DNA from: TPA_inf: Saccharomyces
Taxonomy: Eukaryota
Reading direction: 5' to 3'
DNA length: 64,000 nucleotides
Assembly (NCBI GenBank): GCA_000146045.2
Contig: BK006949.2
Span: 32,001 to 96,000, forward strand
In this document: positions 11,283 through 21,497 of the stretch, piece by piece
How the letters are laid out: every line of letters starts with the position of its first letter
Numbering within the stretch: the stretch's first letter is position 1
The notes under the pieces: model-generated
The model's input: only the letters and a program-made list of their open reading frames with translations
Databases searched by the model: none
Told to the model about the DNA's origin: nothing
Made by a program: the position numbers and the translations under genes

Positions 11283-12344
11283 TTAATCCTCCAAATCATC
11301 TAATTCAAAGTCCGATGTGGAGAGTAGCTCGGCAGTAGCCACAACGTTTTGTTTGGAGGCTCTCATATTAATGACCCATATAGTAGAACTAACGATAACT
11401 GCCATACCGCACCACGTCCATATGTTTGGCCAGTGGTGAAAGAGCACGACATCCCAGAAAACAGCATATATAACTTGAGTATAAGTCATTAACGAACCCC
11501 TTCCTGCACGCTCCCTCTGGATTCCCATTGTTAACAGAATTTGGTGAATGAATCCAGAAATACCCAAGTTCAGAAATAGCCCCCACTGCTTCCACGAATG
11601 AGGCAGTTGTAAAGACATCGAGGGAATTAGAAGCACACCGAGGGCTGCCACAACAGTAGTAACCAACGAGAAATAACTGACACTCATGATGGCATGTGCC
11701 TTGTTACCGATATATCTTATGATAATGTAAACACTACTCAATCCGCAAACCCCCAATAAACTCACCCCGATAGCAATGAGTCTTAATTTGGGATTTTGAG
11801 TCTCAACAATATCGTCTTGTGGAGATTGCTGGCCTTGGGTCTGCTCACCAAACAAAAATGTAGGTCTAATAATTAACACCACTCCAGAAAATGAAATTAG
11901 GGACCCCAAGGCTTCAAGTTTACTAAATGGCTCACCCAGCAGTAAAAATGAAAGGAAAATGGTTAGGGTTGGCGACATGAAGGTGATTAAGACAGCGTCA
12001 CTTATACTTAGATACATTAAAGAAAAGTACATTCCAAAAACACCAAAAAAACCCATTATACCTCGGAGTATCAACCATTTCCTGCATGGTGCTGGGCCCC
12101 ATGGAATATCTGGAACACTTTGTTTATTCCAATGCATGTATACTAGCGTACAACAGTACGTGATAGACATCCTTACTAGCAGGATTTGCAGAGGATTAAT
12201 TCTTGATTGCGAAGTTTCCAGTGGGTCATTTTCTAGGACTTTGGTAGAAACTACCATAGAAGAATTGAAAAAATAAGACACTATAAGTAAGATAAGTCCA
12301 TAATTAGGCTTTAGATAATCTTTACTAATTCTTTGCAGCGTCAT
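11283..12344 (-). CDS. YPL264C: Uncharacterised multi-pass membrane protein, DMT/EamA-like transporter superfamily (353 aa)
   Basis: ATG (revcomp CAT at 12342-12344); about 10 hydrophobic segments arranged as duplicated 4-5 TM halves, typical of the EamA fold; synteny between DIP5 and KEL3. Confidence 0.8.
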   Translation of the reverse strand: MTLQRISKDYLKPNYGLILLIVSYFFNSSMVVSTKVLENDPLETSQSRINPLQILLVRMSITYCCTLVYMHWNKQSVPDIPWGPAPCRKWLILRGIMGFFGVFGMYFSLMYLSISDAVLITFMSPTLTIFLSFLLLGEPFSKLEALGSLISFSGVVLIIRPTFLFGEQTQGQQSPQDDIVETQNPKLRLIAIGVSLLGVCGLSSVYIIIRYIGNKAHAIMSVSYFSLVTTVVAALGVLLIPSMSLQLPHSWKQWGLFLNLGISGFIHQILLTMGIQRERAGRGSLMTYTQVIYAVFWDVVLFHHWPNIWTWCGMAVIVSSTIWVINMRASKQNVVATAELLSTSDFELDDLED

Positions 12345-12550
12345 TGAGAGAGGAGGTGTTTATTCTACTTTTCTGTTGGGGCAGCTTTCGTGAATGTAAT
12401 AATGAGATAATTTTCCCTGTCTCCTTTGTTTTTTTTTCCAGATGACTCAATTAGTGACTAAAGAAAAGGATGCCATATGGAAGACAGATATCTATAAAAA
12501 AAAAAAATGCTATAAATACTTTTTAAACTCAACTACAAAAGCGAAAATGT

Positions 12551-14506
12551 TTACCTTCTTTTGGAAGGTTTAGTAGTCGTATCTCTTTCAATGATTCCGC
12601 CTGTATCCTCCAGACGCTCTTCCTCAAGGGTCACCTGATCTCTTCTTTCCCACCAACGGTCTTCACATAACTCAAATGACTTCGTCTTTAACTGTTTACC
12701 CTTAAGGTTTCTGTTGTTAGAAATAGACCAGGTTAAGAAATTTGCACCTTCCCTTAAGTAGAATGCTCTTAAAGTTTCGAACGGTTTTGGGTGTGGTAGC
12801 CAAGACCTTTCGTCTGGAATCTCCATCTGCGCTTGTTTGTCATCGTCGCTCTCGCTTTCCTCATCTTCATCACCTTCAAGGGGTCCTGCATCTTGTTCCT
12901 CTTCGCCGTCGTCCTCATCCTCCTCATCGTCCTCGTATTCAAACTCATCTTCGTCCGAATCTCTATCACCTAGTCTCTTTGCTTCTTCGATGGCAGATAG
13001 GTCTTCCCAGTAAACCTTGACACCATCCAACTTGTTCAAATCTATACTATAAAATGAGTTTATAGGATAATCTTTTTCGCCCAGTTCCCAGACACCACTG
13101 TAAATGAACAACGAGTCGCCCACTACACAAGTTGCTGCGTTAAATCTTGGGTGAGGTAATTGATTTGAGATGGTAATATCTTCTTGGTTGTCCAAATCAC
13201 TGTCATCTTCGTTATCTTCGTCGTCATCGATAGAGTTAGGACCCGTTGTGCTGTTGTCATCATTGTCATCGTCGTCGTCATTTAGATTAGACTTGGCCAG
13301 AATGGAATTTAGTAAATCCTGCAGTTCCTTTTCTTGATCTTTATTAGATTTTCTTTTACTTGTGGCGGGTGAATTTTTACTATTCGTTTGACGCTGAGGT
13401 TTAATTCTAAGTTTAGACCATTTGTTCAACTCTAGGTGGAACATATATAGGTCGTTATAGAAAACGGACTCTAAGGATTCCTCTGTCTCTTGTAAATCGT
13501 AGACACCACCAAAAGCAACGGACTTGTTTTGCTTCCATAGATTGAACGAATACCCGACTCTTGGTGAGGGCTGGTTCTTGAAATTCTTTAATTTTTCCCA
13601 CTGCCACTTCTTTGGATCAGGCGTTAAGTTCAGTTTCCATGCATCATTCAAGATTTTTCCCTTCATTAAATTTTTATTATTTTTGGCAATGATTTTACAG
13701 TAACCACCCATTAATATGGCAGAATTATCTGTAGGAATGAAACAATGACCCGATCTAGCGTCAGGTTTGCTGTTTGTCTCCAATTTGGTCCATTTGTAGG
13801 TTGAGATATCAAAACACCACAAATCATTTAGGTAAGAAGTTTGACCATTCCCCAAATCTCTAAATCCACCAAATAATATGAAATAGTTTTTCCAAGCAAT
13901 AATTCTATGACCTGATCTGGCGCTGGGTGAAGAGTCTCTACCGCCAAACTCCAACTTAGTGAATTTCCTTTCAACGCAGTCAAACAGCCATGTATCAGAA
14001 TAGTGGTAGAATTTAGATTGTTTTGGGGACGAAAATTCACCACCGTGTAACAGTGCTATTCCGGAAGGATGCACAGCGACAGCGGCACTGGATCTGGGCA
14101 AAGGTGCATTTTGCGAAACGTATTTTTTCCAAGAGTTGTTCTTTATGGAGTATGAATACAAATCATTATAGAAATGTGTTAGTTTGGTTTCTGGATCTGT
14201 AAATTCACCACCGAAAATGAACAATTCATGTTTATTGTGTTGCGGATTTGCAAACATCAACGGATGAGTACGACAAGAGGGTTTTTCCACAGAAGTGATG
14301 TCTACATGCTCTAATTCAATTTGCTTTTTGCTAAAGCTAGAGAGAATTTCATCGAGATCTTGATCACTTTCATCATCTTCTTCGCCGTTTAAAGACTTAT
14401 TCTTGTTCTTCTGAAACTTTTTCTCCTGCTTTTTTTGGTTTTTCTGATTCTTCAGTTCAGCACGTGCCTTTTTGGCCTCTTTATCCTTCTTATTCTTCTT
14501 TGCCAT
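12551..14506 (-). CDS. KEL3: Kelch-repeat protein (651 aa)
   Basis: N-terminal lysine-rich segment, several Kelch-like beta-propeller repeats (recurring GG...W and Y..DLW/F motifs), long D/E-rich acidic tracts; ATG at 14504-14506 (revcomp). Confidence 0.88.
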
Positions 14507-14581
14507 TAATCACTTCTACGAGTCTAGTAGATCTCTTCTCCTTCCTATAAGTGGTTAATGTATTCTTCGAGAAGCTCATCA

Positions 14582-14610
14582 TTTTTTTTTTTCATTTTTT
14601 TTTTTTTTTT
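14582..14610. promoter_or_regulatory. Long poly(dA:dT) tract (T11-CA-T16) about 75 bp upstream of the KEL3 ATG; probable nucleosome-excluding promoter element
   Basis: Direct reading: 'attttttttttttcatttttttttttttttttcag' in the KEL3/FUM1 divergent intergenic region. Confidence 0.6.
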
Positions 14611-15054
14611 CAGTTTTCTACAATTTCATCAAATCAATGGTTAAACCGGGCAGAAAAACTACCAAGCGTTACTTTTACTGATGTTAGTACTACTACCGCA
14701 GTTATTGCGACTACTACATTAACTATAACTATACAAGAAAAAAAGTAAAGAGGGCTCGTAAAGCAAAGCTTGGTATCTCCTACATAGTCAATACATAGTA
14801 GTGAGTCGCCTATAGCCATTCTGTAATGCCATTTGTTAAGACGTGTCCTTAAACCCTTCCGAATCGCCGCGGGCGACATCATAATGTCAGTACCTAATAA
14901 TGGTTATTATTCGTACCCTGTGGTTAGAGAGCTATGGAAGCTAGCAGTAAATGTCTCTAGTTCTTGCTATCACTACCATATTGGAGAGGCTTCAGGCCCC
15001 TCCCCTGAGCCGATCCTCGGAATGACTACCCCGATTCCCGGAATGGGCGTTCGA

Positions 15055-15061
15055 TGATTGG
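15055..15061 (-). promoter_or_regulatory. Candidate HAP2/3/4/5 CCAAT box (TGATTGG = CCAATCA on the minus strand), about 280 bp upstream of the FUM1 ATG
   Basis: Exact match to the CCAATCA core. FUM1 is a TCA-cycle gene of the HAP-regulated class. The box is flanked by two imperfect 15-bp direct repeats, CCGATCCTCGGAATG (15010-15024) and CCGATTCCCGGAATG (15031-15045). Confidence 0.45.
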
Positions 15062-15335
15062 CTCTTTCCTGTAAAGCCTTTTTGCGTTTCTTATAGGCTA
15101 TATATAATCTTCATCACTGTTGTAGACGTTAAACAAGCATCCAACAGGAGGCCGGACCGAACACACGGGGGAGTGACTCTAGCTCTTTCTTCTGGGATAT
15201 TCATATCGTTTCTCCATTACATACAGTCATTTTTTTGCATTTTTAAATTCGTGACTTTTAGTACTGCAGCTGTTTTTTTTCTCACGTCAAGAAATTCCAT
15301 AAAGTCTAACTATTAAACGGATAAGAGATACAATC

Positions 15336-16802
15336 ATGTTGAGATTTACCAATTGTAGTTGCAAGACTTTCGTAAAATCGTCATATAAGCTTAATATAAG
15401 AAGAATGAACTCCTCGTTCAGAACTGAAACCGATGCATTTGGTGAGATACACGTGCCTGCTGATAAGTACTGGGGTGCCCAAACTCAAAGATCCTTTCAA
15501 AACTTCAAGATTGGTGGCGCTCGTGAAAGAATGCCATTGCCTTTGGTGCATGCATTTGGTGTTTTGAAGAAATCTGCCGCGATTGTGAATGAGTCTCTGG
15601 GGGGATTGGATCCCAAGATCTCCAAGGCTATTCAACAGGCCGCTGACGAAGTGGCTTCTGGTAAGCTAGACGACCACTTTCCATTGGTTGTTTTCCAAAC
15701 GGGTTCCGGTACCCAGTCTAACATGAATGCTAATGAAGTTATTTCCAATCGTGCCATTGAGATCCTAGGAGGCAAGATTGGATCTAAACAAGTCCATCCA
15801 AACAATCATTGCAACCAATCTCAATCATCCAATGATACTTTCCCCACTGTCATGCATATCGCTGCCAGTTTGCAAATTCAAAACGAGTTGATACCTGAGT
15901 TGACCAATTTAAAGAACGCCCTTGAAGCCAAATCCAAGGAATTTGACCATATTGTGAAGATCGGTAGAACACACTTGCAAGATGCCACGCCTTTGACACT
16001 AGGTCAAGAGTTTTCCGGTTACGTGCAACAAGTTGAGAACGGTATCCAAAGAGTGGCACATTCTTTGAAAACATTGAGTTTCCTGGCACAAGGTGGTACT
16101 GCCGTTGGTACAGGGTTGAACACCAAGCCCGGATTCGATGTCAAGATAGCCGAGCAAATTTCCAAAGAAACTGGACTAAAGTTTCAAACCGCCCCTAATA
16201 AGTTCGAGGCTTTGGCTGCTCACGACGCCATTGTCGAATGTAGCGGTGCTCTAAACACCCTTGCTTGTTCTCTTTTCAAAATAGCGCAAGATATAAGATA
16301 CTTAGGGTCCGGGCCACGTTGCGGCTACCATGAACTAATGCTGCCAGAGAATGAACCAGGTTCCTCAATCATGCCTGGTAAAGTTAACCCAACCCAAAAC
16401 GAGGCATTGACTCAAGTGTGTGTGCAAGTCATGGGTAACAATGCAGCTATCACGTTTGCCGGCTCTCAAGGTCAATTCGAGTTAAATGTCTTCAAGCCAG
16501 TCATGATCGCCAATCTATTGAATTCGATCAGGTTAATTACTGATGCCGCATATTCATTTAGAGTGCACTGTGTTGAAGGTATCAAAGCCAATGAGCCTCG
16601 TATTCATGAGTTGTTGACTAAATCTTTAATGTTAGTCACCGCTTTGAACCCTAAGATCGGTTATGATGCCGCTTCCAAGGTCGCCAAGAATGCTCATAAG
16701 AAGGGCATTACCTTGAAGGAAAGTGCATTGGAATTGGGTGTATTGACTGAAAAGGAATTTGATGAATGGGTTGTTCCTGAACACATGCTAGGTCCTAAAT
16801 AA
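15336..16802 (+). CDS. FUM1: Fumarate hydratase (fumarase), class II, with N-terminal mitochondrial presequence (488 aa)
   Basis: Fumarate lyase signature [16 protein letters not shown]; basic/hydroxylated N-terminus typical of a mitochondrial targeting sequence; ATG at 15336; 488 aa. Confidence 0.96.
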   Translation: MLRFTNCSCKTFVKSSYKLNIRRMNSSFRTETDAFGEIHVPADKYWGAQTQRSFQNFKIGGARERMPLPLVHAFGVLKKSAAIVNESLGGLDPKISKAIQQAADEVASGKLDDHFPLVVFQTGSGTQSNMNANEVISNRAIEILGGKIGSKQVHPNNHCNQSQSSNDTFPTVMHIAASLQIQNELIPELTNLKNALEAKSKEFDHIVKIGRTHLQDATPLTLGQEFSGYVQQVENGIQRVAHSLKTLSFLAQGGTAVGTGLNTKPGFDVKIAEQISKETGLKFQTAPNKFEALAAHDAIVECSGALNTLACSLFKIAQDIRYLGSGPRCGYHELMLPENEPGSSIMPGKVNPTQNEALTQVCVQVMGNNAAITFAGSQGQFELNVFKPVMIANLLNSIRLITDAAYSFRVHCVEGIKANEPRIHELLTKSLMLVTALNPKIGYDAASKVAKNAHKKGITLKESALELGVLTEKEFDEWVVPEHMLGPK

Positions 16803-17302
16803 ACGAGCTAAATACCTAATAATATACAAGTTTTTTATGTCTTATTATATGAAGGAAAATAAGGAAGTGGAGAGAATTTGTGATTCAGCAATGGTCCCTC
16901 CGCTAAGGTCCCGCCTCTGGCCAGTTATGTCAGAAGAGGAGCATAGGCATACATTCCATTTTTGATGGCTTAATGGGGCCCATAAATTTACATCACTACA
17001 TTATTATTCCTATACAAGTTATAATAAAATAGTTCATAAATGAATATTTTGCGTCATTTTTTAATTTCTTGTCGTCGGGTAAGGGACCTAGTATTACCCG
17101 CATCACGGAAAGGGGAATTTTCAGAAATGATAACGAATAAGAGAGTACACCAGAAGAGCAAATCTCTTTAAGAAGTTTAGCAGCAAATATCGGTTTAAAA
17201 ACAAACAAAAGCAAAGGAAAAGAACTACTAAATCTTCGAGGACTTTCCCAATTTTTAAAACGCTGAAATTGTATTAGAAGAGAATAACTGTCTAAAAAGA
17301 GC

Positions 17303-18958
17303 ATGTTTGCATCCGCTGGACAACAACACCCTCAAATTGTTCCTAAGGAAGAGGAATCCATATTAAACTACCTCCTTGAAGTGAGATCCTCCTTGGCTAA
17401 ACTCAAGCAAAATAGGACCCAGTATTTGAACTCTAAGGATGTCCAAACTACTTACCAACACGTCTTGACCAAAGTCAGAGAGTTGGACGATATTAGGAAG
17501 AATAGTCATGAGACGCCCGCTAAGAGCGCCGCCACCCTGATTCATAGTACTGAATTGCATAATAGAGTTGACTCCGTACTGGATGATGTCTTTCAATTGC
17601 TCTCGTTGTGTTTTTTAACTGTTGGGCTAAAAAATTCTGCACCTGCGACTTATGCATCGTTATCTACTGTGGAGAGTCTTTTGGAACATTTAAATGAATC
17701 AAACGTCTTCACCCATCACGATTTGAGTCCTATTAAGGAAAGGCTGGAAGAAATCAGCAAGATTGTCGAACAAAAAAACTCTAGTCCTGCGTACGATGAG
17801 GATGGAAATGATGACCGATTAAGGGAAATCGACAACGAAAGGAAAAAGAATAAAATTGAGGAAGACCTATTACTACGTGCTAAATTAAAGCATTGCAAGG
17901 ACGAATATGATATATTGGAAGGCAAATTGGAGGAAATTGATCCGTCTTTGTCTACTGTAATGGAAAAGTTATTCCGAATTAGAAGAGGTTTATTGTCATT
18001 AGTTGCATCTGCTAAAAAAACAATGTCTAAATCTGATATTAATACCAACTCTTTATTGCAGGAACAAAATGATTTGCAAACGAACAATGAAAGCTTAACG
18101 GATGACAAACATTTAGTATCTCAAGAGTATGTCCATGAGAAATTATCAGTTTTGAAGAACGAATTAAGTGAATTAGAATCTAATCGTGACGATTCTGGTA
18201 AATTCAAGTCCTTGGAGTCTCATCAGGTGGCAGAAAAAGGCCAAAGTGTCCTTAATGGTTTATTGGATGATTGCCATGATTTAGTTAACGATTTATCACA
18301 CCAAAAAAATGGCGGGTTGACTTTAGATCCATATTTACAGCCAATATATGAACAGCTGATTGATATAAAGACTACCTTAGAAAATTTAATGATCACAAGA
18401 AGATGGACTTTGAGAGAAACCGATTTATTTTCTTACCAAAAAAAATTGAACGAAATTGATAACAAAAGAATCAATGGTAAGTTTCCAACAAAATCTCAGG
18501 ACTCAAAGGGGCAATCAATACTTTTATACCTGTTGCGTAGATGTTATGCCATAATTTATAAACTGTTGGAAAGTTCAGAGCCCGTATCTGAAGCGTTGCA
18601 GCCAATTCACAATCAACTATCTACAGTTCGTCGTTGCCTATTAGAATTGAAAAGAATGGGAGGTGTGAATAATGAAAGAGAGTTATACCCTTATCAAATG
18701 AAATTGGCTTCATTGGACAACCTGAGAACTGAAGGTATATTCTATGACTCTGATGGCAATATACCTGAAGGCCAAGGTATATTGAATGCTTTATTAGCAG
18801 AATGTTTTGATATCTTGCATGAATTAAAAGTGGAAGCCGAGGAAAAAGCACAGAACTCTACTTCAAGTGATGGTTCTGACGACGATGACAACGGAGAATC
18901 AGGCATAGACTCGAACTCAAACGACAGCGAGCCTGAATCTGAATATCAACAGGAATAG
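17303..18958 (+). CDS. YPL260W: Conserved fungal protein of unknown function (CUB1/YPL260W), coiled-coil rich with acidic C-terminus (551 aa)
   Basis: ATG at 17303, 551-aa uninterrupted ORF, repeated internal about 70-aa segments (LLDDCHDL.../LLRRCYAI.../LLAECFDI...), S/D-rich acidic tail; synteny between FUM1 and APM1. Confidence 0.85.
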   Translation: MFASAGQQHPQIVPKEEESILNYLLEVRSSLAKLKQNRTQYLNSKDVQTTYQHVLTKVRELDDIRKNSHETPAKSAATLIHSTELHNRVDSVLDDVFQLLSLCFLTVGLKNSAPATYASLSTVESLLEHLNESNVFTHHDLSPIKERLEEISKIVEQKNSSPAYDEDGNDDRLREIDNERKKNKIEEDLLLRAKLKHCKDEYDILEGKLEEIDPSLSTVMEKLFRIRRGLLSLVASAKKTMSKSDINTNSLLQEQNDLQTNNESLTDDKHLVSQEYVHEKLSVLKNELSELESNRDDSGKFKSLESHQVAEKGQSVLNGLLDDCHDLVNDLSHQKNGGLTLDPYLQPIYEQLIDIKTTLENLMITRRWTLRETDLFSYQKKLNEIDNKRINGKFPTKSQDSKGQSILLYLLRRCYAIIYKLLESSEPVSEALQPIHNQLSTVRRCLLELKRMGGVNNERELYPYQMKLASLDNLRTEGIFYDSDGNIPEGQGILNALLAECFDILHELKVEAEEKAQNSTSSDGSDDDDNGESGIDSNSNDSEPESEYQQE

Positions 18959-19243
18959 AGGAGAGTGTTTCTTTATCTTCCATTTCTCCCTATTTTCTTG
19001 GTAGAGGAAAACATTATAAACAATAAAATGAAATACAGAAAGAAAAAAAGTTATTCTCTTATGTCTATGTATATAACAAACCCTGAATGAGCATCTATAT
19101 AAAAACAAAAATATATAAACAACTTTATGTCATTATCATAATTGTCAATGGGAGGGGGGAGAAAAAGAGGAATAAGGACATACGTACCCTGTGTCTTTGT
19201 CCATGCACCGTAGAAATTGCTTTTTTTATATATTTTTCAGACA

Positions 19244-20671
19244 TTACGTCAGCCTTATTGTATAATCATCACCACTTTGCGTGATATATCTTACCCATGG
19301 GTAACTCTTATACTGCAATTTGGGTTCGTTAATTTTAAGATAACGTACTTGAATACCTGAAGTAGTAAAGTAGGGTATTTGAAATTTGATTTGGACAGGT
19401 CCCTTCAAGATTTCCGCGTTACTTTTTGGCATTGTTCTATTGCCATCCTCGTTATTTGATATTGAAGGCAGTCCCAATTCGGCAGACATTGAGTACTCTT
19501 TACCACCGGGAAAACTTCTTATTTTCCATAAGATTGCACTTTTTTCAGGGACATACTTTAGAGACCCGTGTGAATATTTAAAAGTCGGTGTATCCGCGTC
19601 GTCCGGGACCGGTATCAATATCTCTACATTAGTTGCAGTAGATTTTCTTTTAATTTGGGCCTTGGCCTTACAGTGAATTTCAATTCTAGAATTCGAATGA
19701 ACTTGAACGTTTACATCACACCAAATTAACGGTTTTATCGTAGTAGATAGTCTGTAGTTCATTAAATCGAACTTTCCATCAGGAGGTATAAACGTTATAA
19801 TTTTTTCATTCTCGAATTTGCTTAATCGGACACATTGATGAAATTTCAAATCTTCCAATTCAATATTAACTTTCTTCTTGTTTGTGGCCGATGATGATGT
19901 TATTGATGGTTTTTTATCAGTTTCTGTGTTATTATCGGATGTTGTCGCGCTCGCTGATGGGATATTTGTATCATCATCCAAATATTTGGAGAAAATGCCT
20001 TTATCATTAATACCTAATTTCAGATCAGGCATACCAGACAATTTTGAGTTAACCTTAACATCGCCGATAATTTCTGATCTCAAAACTTGACCTTTTTGAG
20101 TCATGAGCATATTAATAGATTCGACGATATCCAGAAAGGCTTCATTTTTCTTGTGAGTGATGCCTTCTGGCCTCCAACTGACTGAATTTGTTAGTGCGAC
20201 GGGTGGTCTAGTAGCATTCCTCTTCTTCTTGGCGGATTTAACTAGTTTGAAGGATTTTTGTGTTATGTACTGTTTCAGCATCTTAGTTTCTGTGATCTGT
20301 GGTATACCATAATCCATCACTTCGTCCAGTAATTCATATATTATAACAAAATTATCTCTAATAGATTCTTCTTCAACGGTTTTTAAGTAGTCACTTAATA
20401 CCTCCACTAATTTGTGCAAAAAAGTAAAAATGGCAGCCGCATTGGCACTAAGAGAAGTCACAATTGCCACCACGTATAGATCGTTATGCTGTATAAATAG
20501 ATATTCCAGACCATTGTGGTTCAAACATGGAGGAATCAGATTTGATTGTTCCTCTAAATCCGAGAGTAATATAGGGAATTTGTCAATTGCAGAAAGCGGA
20601 ATATCATCTCTATACCTTCTTGATAGGAGTGGTTTCCCATTATGATCGCAAAAATACACTGCAGAAGCCAT
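19244..20671 (-). CDS. APM1: AP-1 clathrin adaptor medium (mu1) subunit (475 aa)
   Basis: Track ORF starts 5 codons upstream at a non-ATG; the real ATG is revcomp CAT at 20669-20671 (MASAVYFCDHNGKPLL...). Longin-like N-domain plus mu-homology domain. Confidence 0.9.
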   Translation of the reverse strand: MASAVYFCDHNGKPLLSRRYRDDIPLSAIDKFPILLSDLEEQSNLIPPCLNHNGLEYLFIQHNDLYVVAIVTSLSANAAAIFTFLHKLVEVLSDYLKTVEEESIRDNFVIIYELLDEVMDYGIPQITETKMLKQYITQKSFKLVKSAKKKRNATRPPVALTNSVSWRPEGITHKKNEAFLDIVESINMLMTQKGQVLRSEIIGDVKVNSKLSGMPDLKLGINDKGIFSKYLDDDTNIPSASATTSDNNTETDKKPSITSSSATNKKKVNIELEDLKFHQCVRLSKFENEKIITFIPPDGKFDLMNYRLSTTIKPLIWCDVNVQVHSNSRIEIHCKAKAQIKRKSTATNVEILIPVPDDADTPTFKYSHGSLKYVPEKSAILWKIRSFPGGKEYSMSAELGLPSISNNEDGNRTMPKSNAEILKGPVQIKFQIPYFTTSGIQVRYLKINEPKLQYKSYPWVRYITQSGDDYTIRLT

Positions 20672-21497
20672 TCTGTGTCCCTCCAAGTTCGTAATTTACA
20701 ATTTTCAAAAATACTCCTATATTTAATTGTACGACTTAGTTTCTCTATATGCTTTTTTTTGTTCAGCCCACTTTCCGTTTAACTCTTAATTTTTCATCGT
20801 CTAGCAATATTTCAATACGTTCAATTAACATCGCTATCAACGACTTTCAAAGACTATTATCATAATTAGAGATACCCTTTCTCGCTTAGTTGAAGTTACG
20901 TCTAATGATGGCTATAGTATATCGAGCGTATTTTATACCATTGAAATATCTTCATCTTTATTACATAACTATTATAGATCCATAGCAGTCCTATTGATAG
21001 TATGCAGTAATTTTAGCGCATAGAAAACGTTTATATTGGGTCGAATGCTCAATTATTTTCAGATGGAGGAATACCTTGAAGAAAATATATATATATAAAG
21101 ACGCACTATTCAAATAATCATCAGTGCCAACATTAACTGTTTCCCTAAGATGCGTTCAGTTGTGATTCTTTTTTTTTTATGTCGCAACTGTCTGTCGTAG
21201 TTCTGTCAGCTAATGTTACGAGAATGTCCAACTGCAGTGTTAGGTTTCTGAAAGATGAGAAAGTTTCTGCCGGATAAGTTATCAACGAAATTATGGTGAA
21301 TACTTGAGGTATGTGACTAGGATGGTAGCGCCGCTAGAACGCCAAAATCAGAACGAAGATTTTGGTTTCTGCCGAACAATTTTTACTATATTAATAAAAA
21401 TGAAGGAACATTCTTAAATTATTGACACCTATTTTTGCATAATTCATTATTTCTACGTATAACTTTTTGTATATTTTGTAAAAATCGATGTGTCTAT

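Noticed and set aside
14634-15057. Two small ORFs (14634-14882 minus, 14833-15057 plus) in the KEL3/FUM1 intergenic region, and a possible tRNA-like GTTCGAT motif near 15048
   Set aside because: The region is GC-rich promoter DNA containing the CCAAT box and direct repeats. No cloverleaf can be drawn around GCGTTCGATG, no A-box partner is present, and the ORFs lack any protein features.
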